Origin: Yuukianura sp. NJ FZ-2021
Lineage: Eukaryota
Assembly (NCBI GenBank): GCA_046563655.1
Contig: CM102289.1
Span: forward strand, 8,990,001 to 9,054,000
Direction of reading: 5' to 3'
Length of the DNA stretch: 64,000 bases
Shown here: in pieces, positions 1-10,066 of the stretch
Layout of the letters: each line of letters opens with the position of its first letter
Position numbering within the stretch: the first letter of the stretch is position 1
The notes under the pieces: model-generated
The model's database searches: none
The model's input: only the letters and a program-made list of their open reading frames with translations
Told to the model about the DNA's origin: nothing
Position numbers and translations under genes: made by a program

Positions 1-416
1 ACACAAAGATTTCTCCAGTTTGACATTTCGAACTTTCTTTCTCTTTTTTTATTATACTTTTTGTGTAAAAAGGCTGAAAATTTTTGACACGCACTTCTGC
101 AAAATACGGTGGCTTAAAAAGTTATTTATAAGAGAAAAAGGTTCATGGTTAAGAGTAATTGAATTACCCGAATTTGTAGCAATTTGGACCAATTATGTTA
201 CATTTACGTTAGTACTAATTACGTTCATTAAAGTTAATGAATTTAACGTTCACTTAAATCCTTGCGTCAAAAAACTAACCTCAATACATTGGCATTTCTA
301 AAAACACAAAAACAAAGTTTTTTTTTATATTATATAAATAGAAATCTATTATATAAATAGAAAACGGGGGTTTTCTCTTTAACTAGAAAGCGGCGGATGA
401 ACGAATCGTTTTTTGC

Positions 417-870
417 TTATGCTGGAGACGGACATGCACGAAATGATCTGGCGACGTTGTTAAAGTGTACGTCGTTTAGATTTGACACTCCAAGGTCATT
501 TGGTGAGAGTCTAAGAGTTTGACCTCTGCAAAAAACTTCGGAGGACAGGAGAATGCAGTCATCATTGTTGAGGTCAACTGAGGTCACGCGATTGCGCCAT
601 TTCACGGGCAAGTTTCTGCAGTGTTCGTCCAAAAGAATTGGAAACCGAAGACCAGCGTATCCCTCGTTATCAAACAACATGATGATTTTCGAAGTTGTTC
701 GACATGAAACGTGACCTGGGTCAAAGATAAAACCATATTTGTATAAATTTAGTCATTTCTAATGAATTATATATAATTATATATAAATTTAATCAATTCA
801 ATTAATTTATGTTACCTGTTTCAATTAAGATCAACGTCATTGCAACTACAATAGTCCATGCAGTCGCCAT
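417..870 (-). CDS. Small secreted beta/gamma-crystallin-like (Greek-key) protein, 2 exons
   Basis: Exon 1 (870-816) reads MATAWTIVVAMTLILIET, a signal-peptide-like sequence. A GT-AG intron (815-716) joins it in frame to exon 2 (715-417). Motifs LFDNEGYAG, WRNRVTSV and FNNVARSFR resemble crystallin-fold repeats. Confidence 0.7.
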
Positions 871-1253
871 TTTGGGTCTAAAGACGAAAAATTTTCAAGC
901 AATTTTGAATTATGGTGTGACAAATACAAAAAAATTGACATTTGTTGCACAAAAACTTGTTTTTGGTTTACAATATTGAGAAAGTATACGGAACTTATTA
1001 ACAAAATTTTGTGTCAAACTCAACTCAAAGTGTAAATTGAAACTGCGAGTTGCTTTAGTTAATACAAAACCTTAGGAAAAATTTCAAGGACGTCAAGCAC
1101 TACGTCGTCAAATGTTGTGCAAGGCGTCAAAACTTTTATACTTGACACTGATAAGCGATAAGACAAAAGTTTTAAGTTAGCCACTAAAGGAATTCTCATT
1201 TGTTTTAAGTTTTTCAATTTTTGCATTTCCAAAGATACAAGTTTTACGGTATT

Positions 1254-3581
1254 TTAGCGCCCTGTAAATTTCAAAAGTCTGTTAAATTCGTATCTTCTTT
1301 TGCACTTTTTGATCCAATCCAGCCCAACTTCCAGAGCAAACGACACAAAAGAACAAAAAAGACCGAACCACAGAATGTAACTAATCAGTTTGAGAATAAT
1401 TTGAAGCGTAAGCTGTTTTCTACGTGACCTCAACAGAGGTGACCTCCAATTGCCAGCATTGACCTCACATTTGTCATTGTCATAAAAATCCTGCGCATTT
1501 TTACTACCATACAAGCAAAGTGCATAGACCAAGTCCATTTTAAGGAACAGACGCTCTCTATATTGCGCCCACTTTTTAAAAATTCCGCTTTCATGAACCC
1601 TGGCATACGGAATTGGAAAAATGTTTTTTCCAAAAGAATTTTCGGAAGTTGCCGTAACCAATTTTAGTGAAAGTATTGGATCAGCATAGTCATTTTCCAA
1701 AACGAAAACATTTGGAAATACTTTCATCAGTTTTGCAAAGTGTTCCGTCGCCTCCCGAAATCCAAATAGAACAAAGTCTTGCGGAATGTGATAAGTTGCC
1801 GCTCGGTCGGCGACATTGACATGAGTGGTGACATTAACATGACTGGCGACATTGAGCTCAGTGGTGACATTTACTCGAGTGGTGACCTTGTCATGTATGT
1901 CCAGTTTTGTCTGGTAAGCTCCGATTAGCAATCCATGTGAAATTGGTAAGAATTGGACACGGTTGAACAAAGTTTCATAAATCGGAGTCTCCGAGGGTGT
2001 GAACTGCTCAGCATCTTTGTGTTGTTGAATCAAATTTTTCAAAATGGAGTCGATTGACCTCGTAGCAGGGTTAAGTCGATAATCGGTACTTATGATCGGA
2101 AGGTCAGAGTGGACCAAGAGGTCATTCAAGGTCATTGGCGTAGCAAGTGGCGTTTCATGTGTTAAAATACTGAAAAGAGCTCCCTTGTATGCACCATTGA
2201 TCACGTTGGATGACATAAGAAGCCAAGCTGACAGTAAGCCAAGTAGTACGTGGTCTGACGATGACAGCCCCAGGCGAGACCGGATTTTGTGGTCACCTTG
2301 GTCGTACATAGGCATAGCCATTTCGGCAAATCCGAGGAACCACGCGTACGCGAATCGCGAAATTTTGGAAAATTTGGATCTTCCTGGCTTTGCGTTTTTG
2401 GAATTTAGTGGCGGGAGTTGAAAAGTTCGAAATTTTAGACCAAGTTTTTTGAGGTGACCGCGGCCTTTCTTGAAAAGTTTGCTTTTGCGTGAAGTCGGAG
2501 GTTTGGACAAGCAAATTTTGAGGCCAAAAAGCAGCGCTAGTAGTGCTAAGCATATTTTCTTGCCTGTGTCCGTTCCGGTATCGAATGGGTTGATTTCAAA
2601 ATGTGTTCCGGTAGACTTGGCCAGTACTGTGACGAACGTGTACGGTTCAAAAGTGTACCCATTTGGTAAGAACTGGTAAGACTTCGGGTGTTCCAGCGAT
2701 GCTAAAAGTGTATTCCGAATGGTTCCGAGCAGTTTCCGTCCAGGAGCGACCTGATTGGTGTAGACAAGAGTTCCGTTGAGTTCGTTGGTCACGACCTTGA
2801 ACGTACAAATCCGCTCTTCACCCAGAAAACGTTGTCCGAGATATGTACAATCGGAGATTCTCTGAAGAGCGTCCAAGTCTGGATACAAAATTGCATTTCC
2901 ATGTAAATTTTTGCAGATTGCTCTCCATTGTTGTGCAATTGACATCCAGGGAACTGCTGTAGACAGGTCAGAGGTCACTGGAACCAATTTCTCTGGACAA
3001 TGTGGACAAATTATGAAAAGAATTTCAGGGGCTGATGGTTGAAGCGATTGTCCATTCCGTTCAGCGATAATCACTGATTTTGAACACTGTGCAGCCTCTA
3101 CTGATATTCCCAGAAACATCGTTCCAGAACTTGCTGAGCCGAGGAGGTCAAGTTCTTCGGAGGTCAAAGAATGTTGCAGATTTTTGAAGAAAACTAAAGC
3201 AAACGTGGCAGAAGTGAATTTTCCCGGCACGTGACCAATTTCTACGGAACAAACCGGATTGGCTGATGGCGCTAACTGCTGATTGGTTGAGGCGCGGTGA
3301 TTCGATAGTTGAATTGGAGATTTCAGGAAGGTGGGATCAAAGCCCGCGAAGTTTGAATTGTTGAAGTTAGTCACAGCGGTACTGCTAGTGAACTCCGCAG
3401 TGACATAAAATGTGCACCCAAAAAACATAGATTCAAGCTGGGTGTTCAGAAAATTTGAGCAACTTGGCGTATCTAAAGAAGTACTGAAAATTATTACTGG
3501 AAAAATTAGTATTGAAAAGATGAAAGCAAAGAAAGTAGCGGGATTTTTTAAATTCAAATTTCCTGCCATTTTTTCGTGCAT
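1254..3581 (-). CDS. Intronless variant ionotropic receptor (IR)-like chemoreceptor
   Basis: Uninterrupted ORF with first ATG at 3581 (or 3569) and a hydrophobic N-terminus. IR-like motifs: NPFD before M1, WLLMSSNVINGAYKGALFSILT (M3-like), P-TLNDL, RVHESGIFKKW, and a C-terminal TM ending FALE. Confidence 0.75.
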   Translation of the reverse strand: MHEKMAGNLNLKNPATFFAFIFSILIFPVIIFSTSLDTPSCSNFLNTQLESMFFGCTFYVTAEFTSSTAVTNFNNSNFAGFDPTFLKSPIQLSNHRASTNQQLAPSANPVCSVEIGHVPGKFTSATFALVFFKNLQHSLTSEELDLLGSASSGTMFLGISVEAAQCSKSVIIAERNGQSLQPSAPEILFIICPHCPEKLVPVTSDLSTAVPWMSIAQQWRAICKNLHGNAILYPDLDALQRISDCTYLGQRFLGEERICTFKVVTNELNGTLVYTNQVAPGRKLLGTIRNTLLASLEHPKSYQFLPNGYTFEPYTFVTVLAKSTGTHFEINPFDTGTDTGKKICLALLALLFGLKICLSKPPTSRKSKLFKKGRGHLKKLGLKFRTFQLPPLNSKNAKPGRSKFSKISRFAYAWFLGFAEMAMPMYDQGDHKIRSRLGLSSSDHVLLGLLSAWLLMSSNVINGAYKGALFSILTHETPLATPMTLNDLLVHSDLPIISTDYRLNPATRSIDSILKNLIQQHKDAEQFTPSETPIYETLFNRVQFLPISHGLLIGAYQTKLDIHDKVTTRVNVTTELNVASHVNVTTHVNVADRAATYHIPQDFVLFGFREATEHFAKLMKVFPNVFVLENDYADPILSLKLVTATSENSFGKNIFPIPYARVHESGIFKKWAQYRERLFLKMDLVYALCLYGSKNAQDFYDNDKCEVNAGNWRSPLLRSRRKQLTLQIILKLISYILWFGLFCSFVSFALEVGLDWIKKCKRRYEFNRLLKFTGR

Positions 3582-3989
3582 GAATTTACCAATAAACCGG
3601 GAGGAATACAAGCTTTCCGAGAGCAAATTGAGTAAATGAGAAAAAGCGGGGATTTCAAATCGGCTTTTAAACAATTTTGTGACAATGAAAGTGGAATTCC
3701 TTAATTGACGCACGAAATTGGCCAGGTACGTTTTGTTCAATCTTGGTTTTCAAAACAAAACTTTTTCAAAACTTCTGCAATTGTGTAAAACTGATGAAAA
3801 GGTAAAAACATGAACACACTATTATAACGTTTGTGTTGGGCCAAGGACAAAATAAATTGGACAATTTCCCAATTTCACAAATTAGAGATCAAAGTTCATT
3901 TTAATTTCTCTTAATAAAATAGAGAAAATACAATACTAATTTCACTAACTGAACTGAACAATAATATTGCATTTCAGTTGAAAAATAAA

Positions 3990-5077
3990 CTACTTTCTCC
4001 AGTAGTCGTTGTCTGCCCATTCGGGGTATTCGTCGGAACTGTCCCGCCGTGTTCTGCGGACTACGCGACCACGATATTCGTCGTACGCGATTTCACGTTC
4101 CAGTTGGTGCTGGTGACGGTGTATCCCGTCTCGAGAAAACTAAAAAATTAAAAAAAATCGGTTGAGTATTGAGTAATTTCAGTTACTGAAATCCAAGTAG
4201 TTTTGTAGTTTTTCAATTTGTAAGTACTTACGTATCCCACAACGTTTGGATCCTTGTGTGGCGGCTTCTTCTTTGGCTTGACGACCGGCTCGCTGTCAAT
4301 GTTGCTGCCGCTGAAACGCTTTATACGCGGCTTTTGTTCCGAGGAAGCAACAGAAGCACGGCGTTCCATTGCATTATTCAGCTGTTTGGCTTTGTACTGG
4401 CTCCGGCAAGGCGTAGAAGCTGGAGCTCTGCAAGGTCAGACAAACTGGAATTTAGAAACAAGTTTCCCGGACGTTTGTGGTCCAGAAACTGCGGACTTTC
4501 ACTTTTATGACCTAGTTGTGGCCAAGTACAATTGACACAGCAATCCTGAGTTTGATTTAGATTAGATTGTCACCTCACCGTTGTTATAGACTGTTGATAA
4601 TACGGCCCAATAAATGCATCTCTATCAATATTCAGGTTCAGAAATTGCCGTCCACAACCACCCAGTTATATTAATTTGAATGCGGTTAAATTAATTTGCT
4701 TAATAATCACGTTTCATTTGGTATTTTATAAAAGCTTAAGCTTTGTCTTTCTTTTTATAGTCAATTAGGTTTGAATCACGGAAGAAATGAGTGACAATAG
4801 ACTGCCTTACCGTTAATAATGTAAACTAACATGAACTTTGACATTCTGGATTCCTATTTATGACTTCATAATAACTTCCTATTCCTATGTATAAATACTT
4901 TTTTAAACCAGCCTCCTTAACTTACGATGCTCGACGTTGCTTTTCATTAGACTGAACACCATTTTGGACATTAGGCTTTTCGTCCTCCATGCTGTGGATC
5001 CTCTTCGGTATTTTCCAATTCAAATTTCCCGCCGTTGTTTGTAGTTGTAGATTCTTCTGTCGTCCGCTCGAATCCAT
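3990..5077 (-). CDS. Uncharacterised small basic, low-complexity protein (at least 3 coding exons)
   Basis: Phase-consistent splicing gives MDSSGRQ...NWKIPKR...QRRAS | APAST...KPKKKPPHKDPNVVGY | FSRDG...EYPEWADNDYWRK*. Canonical GT-AG sites at ~4925/4428 and ~4231/4140. The start codon is uncertain. Confidence 0.55.
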
Positions 5078-6509
5078 TGCGTGTAGAGACGAGACACTCG
5101 TGTCGTGTGACCTTCCTCTTCTCCCTCCACTGGCAAAATGAGGCTAGGAGTTACGTCTGTAAACAACAAATGAGTTGTAATGAGCTCATTGGTCGCAACA
5201 AAAGAGAGGGAAATTCAAATTCTCCCGTTTCGTTTTTCTTCTTATATTTTCCTAATAACCACCGCACCACCTCCCGCTATGCTATAGCGTACCTTGCATG
5301 TTCCTTGTTCCAACCTGTTTGTGGTCCCCCAAGTATATTAGACCAATGCACCGTTATCAACACGCACTTTTAGGAGGTTGGACAGAAATAGCTTCCGGGA
5401 TTTCTATAAGTCAAGGACTTTTAAGTTACAAGTTGTTAAGTGCTATCGTAGGGAAGCAGAAACAAAACACCAACGGAGATTACAGAATGTCAAAGGTCGG
5501 GGATGGATTAGATGAGAACAGGGAATGTCAGGGAGTCTTTATCACCCTCATAATTTACAAAGGGCTCTACGCGTTAAGTGGATTCCTTATCAGATACTTC
5601 GTAAGAAAGAGGACGTATATGCAGGGAAATTTTGAACTTTTTGAAATTTCATGTGAAAAAACACAAAACATACCTAATGCTCGGATGAATCTTGATAGGT
5701 TTTGTCAAACTGACCAACAAGAACAATTAATTCAATTAAAAATTCTTAATTAAAAATTAAAAATTAAGGTTTTCTCTTTTAAAAATTAAGGTCCGACTCT
5801 TTCTCTGTTGTTTGAGCAATGGTAAGTGTTACGTAGCCCTTACACGTAATAAATGGTGAAACAAAAAAGAAGTAAGGCGTGCAAATTCAGTAAAAGAAAA
5901 CTTAAACTAAGGGAAGGTTAACAAATAAGGGTTACCTTTAACGTTAAGGGGAAACCACCCGCTAGCCTGGATTCAGTTGGCTGCAGAGTGTAAGTTGTGG
6001 TCCAACAACAGCGTCCGAACCGCAACTGAAGTGTCCAGTTACTGGATCAACGCTTTTTAAGGGCCAGTGCGGCCGGAAAGGAATTGATCTTACGCTACCC
6101 TAACCTACCCTAAGACAGAAAAAGGCACTTAGCAACTAGGGGTCAGTTACATAACATATGAAAAAGAAAAAGGGACAACTAAAAAGAGGAGGAATTGAAA
6201 ATGCAACTTTTTGACATCTTGACCCACCTTGTCTTCAAGGGTCCAGTCTCATTACTCTCATTCTAAAAAAAATATGTAGATTCCCTTTCAGTATCATCTC
6301 TCTCAAGTAACTAAACAGTGAAAGGGTTCGTTCTAAGCCTAACAATAAGTCGTGCTCAATTAATTACTACTAGTCAGTGTGAATGTACAATTAGATACAG
6401 CAAAGTCAATGAAGTTAAATTGTTTAATTACTTGTGGTAAGAAACATTTCACCGCGTTAGTTAAAAAGTTACTTAATTTTCCAAACTGTTGTTTTTTTTA
6501 TTATTCTTA

Positions 6510-6757
6510 TGCCCAGTTCGTCCATTGCAGGTTAAATTTTAACGGAGTTTAAATATTTAACCGGAGATTAAAAAATTTAACTGGAGAAAATCGGCCGGTT
6601 AAATTTAACCGGACTTTAACCGGCGGAGGAATACAAGAATTTTGATACCTTGTATGCCAAGATTAATTGACGCATAATTAAGTTAATTGAGTTTAAAGGT
6701 GGAACTAGTTTGCACTAAAGTCCGTTTAACTTTAACCTGCAATGGTCGAACTGGCCA
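6510..6757. mobile_element. PIF/Harbinger-like MITE
   Basis: Imperfect TIRs of ~40 bp (TGCCCAGTTCGTCCATTGCAGGTTAAA / TTTAACCTGCAATGGTCGAACTGGCCA), TTA on both sides (6507-6509 and 6758-6760), and internal TTAACCGG repeats. Confidence 0.8.
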
Positions 6758-7001
6758 TTATTGTACCAATCATTTTAACTAGAGTGGGACTTATGGATAA
6801 GATTTCCCGCTAGCGCCGTTTTCAAATTTTGAATTCGGTCACTTTTTGATTTTTTTGTTTGTTGTTTGTTTTCATGTTTTTTGTTTTCTAGAAATCTACA
6901 ATCTGAACAGTCGGTGAACGTTTTGTACTTCATTCTTAGTTTCTTCTTGATTATAAATTAATTAATTATCGTTTAAGTATACAGAATCATTCTGGTACAC
7001 G

Positions 7002-8472
7002 ATGGGACTAGGGTCAAAATCAAAGCAAAAGGAAAGGGCTCCGGCGGACGACGATCAAATGTACCTATACGTTTGGGCTTCTGGTTGGGGTTTGCCTTCG
7101 ATTGATCCAGAATCATTACAAATTATAGTAAGTGAAGGTTGGCTAGTAACAACTAATTAATTGTGCTTAAGTATTGTATGATTCATCATCTAACACTGAA
7201 AACCTATGTACAAGAAATAATGTTTCTCATTTTATTTCTAGACGTATGTAAAATTCAGTGGAGCTCCGGTAACAATTGTGGAATGTGAGAATCCCTGGAA
7301 ATCTCCGAAAGGAAGTTTACCATTTTTCAAGCATGGCGACAACGTTATTTACAAGCCCTTCGAGATTGCGTCATACCTGCGTCAAAAAGTATGTCAAAAA
7401 TTTAAGTATCTCTCAGTGGAATTTAGTTTAGGATTAACATTGCATAACTTTTGATGTTTCTTTTAGAACTACAGTTGCGATTTTGGGCTATCACCGAAAC
7501 AATGTGCTGATGTAATTGCTCATACTCAATTTGTTACCGAAGCTCTGTCTCCGGCTCTTACTTACTATTGGTAAACATTGTTCGTTATTATATACATGTA
7601 AAATGATACAAAATACATGCAATGTAGAGTACTAAATGAATTACCTAACTATTCGGTAACTTATTGCAGTTGGGTACATGACAGCAACTATGCCTCGGTG
7701 ATTTGCCCTTGCTACACTAAGCGGCTTCCATGGCTCTACAAGTTCTGGTATCCTGAAAAACGAAAGAGAGTAGAATCCATAAAAGAAATCGAAGCACGTC
7801 ATGTCGTTTCCGAAACGGACTCTGCGGAGCCAGACGTTTTGCAAGTAACTGAAATCAGACTCAGGATTACTTTTTACTTATGTACAGGTTTTTAACATTT
7901 TATTTCTGTTTCCAGAAAGCCCGAGATTGTGTCACCGCTTTATCAGACAAATTGGGGAACCAAGAATTCTTCCTCTATCCTAACTCACCATCAGCAGTGG
8001 ATGCTGCCATCTTTTCATACTTGGCGTCCTTCTTAAAAATTCCACTGCCTCATTCTCCAGTTAAAGACCTCATCAGATTGACTCCTAACCTTGAACGCTT
8101 CGTAGCTCGTGTACTTCATCGCTACCATTCAAAGGTTCGAGGTGGGTCTTCCGCCTTATTTTACTTACCATTTCCACCTTTGAAGAACTAACGAAAACGA
8201 TTCAATTATTTTTTTCAGTACCGGGCGCCGACTCAGCTATAAGTTCATCAACAAATTTTGGTACTGATGGACACCCAGTGGCAACAAAACCCGATGAAGC
8301 AAGTTTCCCGCTCTTCCAAAAAGTGTCGGCAGTTACTATAGGGGTTGCAATTATGTTAGCTTTTGCCTATTACAATGGTATCGTTAACTTTGAGTTCTTA
8401 GGACCTTCTTCATCGATTAACGACGGAGAAGAGGAAACGAATGAAGATGACGAGAATTTAATCTGGGAATGA
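7002..8472 (+). CDS. MTX1: Metaxin-1-like (mitochondrial outer membrane SAM component)
   Basis: LYVWASGWGLPSIDPESL, NPWKSPKGSLP, LSDKLGNQEFF and PSAVDAAIFSYL motifs plus a C-terminal TM. About 6 exons with GT-AG introns. Confidence 0.9.
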
Positions 8473-8942
8473 AGTTTATAGCTTTAAATTAGCCATGAGT
8501 ATTTAGTAAGTCTTTTTGGTTGTGTTGTGACAATTTTCATTAAATTGATTGTCGAACAGGATTAATTAGGAAAGTAATTATTTCTGAACTCCGATTGTTT
8601 AGAACCTAAAAGTGTGCTTTTATCGCCATCTCGCGCCGAAGCTCCGAAGGTTTTATGGATGGGCAGCTATGCATTCTTGGAATTCTTTAGCTCCTCCGAT
8701 TTCAATCATTCATTGATCATCCCGGTTGCAAGAGTCGTTGAAGAAGGCAGAGCTTTTTAATTAACTGAGAGCACTGATTACCGCTACCGGTAACTACCAT
8801 TTACCTTTAATCTTATTGATTCTGGCTCTTCATCATACGAATTAAGTAAGTTTGACTTAACACTTGATATCGCTACGCCCAAACTTACATGTGATTTACT
8901 AGTACGATTGATAAACGTTGCATTGTTTTAAGGTTTTAGAAA

Positions 8943-9810
8943 ATGGACCAGCCACCACCACCACAGCTAAGCGACCTGCTGCAGGACATGCCCGCTGGGC
9001 CACCAACTAATCGAGCTGACTCCATTCCATTCTTTAAGCCTCTTGAGCAGTTGGCAACGAAGAGCGCTGAACAGCAGAAGCAAGACATGCTGGAAGTCAA
9101 CTTATTCTTCTACGGGAAGCCTCCTCATGTTACTCCAGCCACAAAACAAGCAATCAAGGACACGATCATGGCCAGGAAGAAAAGAACGGACGGAGAATTG
9201 TTTACCGCAATGCGCAGAATTGATCATCCGGATGCAAAGTCTGAACCTTGTGGAAAGAAAATCAGTTGTGGCCGTAAGACAACCGTGAACCGTGTCGTTT
9301 TTCTTACGATTATTTGTGTCTAACTTTATTAATCTGCTTCCTTTAGATGTCTGTGAGGAGCCACGGGCTGTTCCACACGAATGTGGACTTATGTGCACCA
9401 GTGTCAAAGAATTTATACGTCAATGTGGACACAAGGTACGAAATGACGACTTGATTTCGTTATCACTTGCGTGCATCTTTGTACGTGTTATGTATATTCC
9501 GGTAACTTGGCTAATCAATTGTACTCTTGATTGTACCTAGACACACATCTATTGTTGCCGCAAGGAGTCCGTGACAGCTTGTGCTGAGAACTGTGGTAAA
9601 CTAGTCGGCTGCTCCCATAAGTGTCCCAACAAATGTCATTACGGGACGGAATGCCCTGACCAGTGCCTCGACTATCACTGCAAGTACAAGTAAGTAATAC
9701 ATTCATTTACATGTCAAACCACTAACGTCGTCACTCAAACGTTTTACTGTGATTTGTTTAGCTTGGCTCAAATGGCTCTTCTGGCCCAGTCTCAGCAACA
9801 ACAGCAATGA
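8943..9810 (+). CDS. Small protein with NF-X1-type Cys/His zinc-finger repeats, 4 coding exons
   Basis: Spliced frame reads PCGKKISCGHVCEEP..HECGLMC..CGHK|THIYCC..CAENCGKLVGCSHKCPNKCHYGTECPDQC and ends QSQQQQQ*. Intron phases are consistent. Confidence 0.7.
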
Positions 9811-10066
9811 ATTGCCTCCTCCGCCATCCTGGTGTGGATCTCCGGACAAGAATCCTTCTGCAATCGTTATTCTGGACATCACAAGTGAATCCTCTTTCTT
9901 TTTTCAAGTAGTTTCTTAATTTTCACCTTCCTTCTCCCATTTAGAATTAATTAGAACCTATTTTCCTGTGTTGTTTATTTCATTCTGAACTTACGGACTA
10001 ATAAGCGTAAAATACAAACTGTAATAAATTAAGAAGGATTCTCTCCGTGAACCCCACATGACTTTT

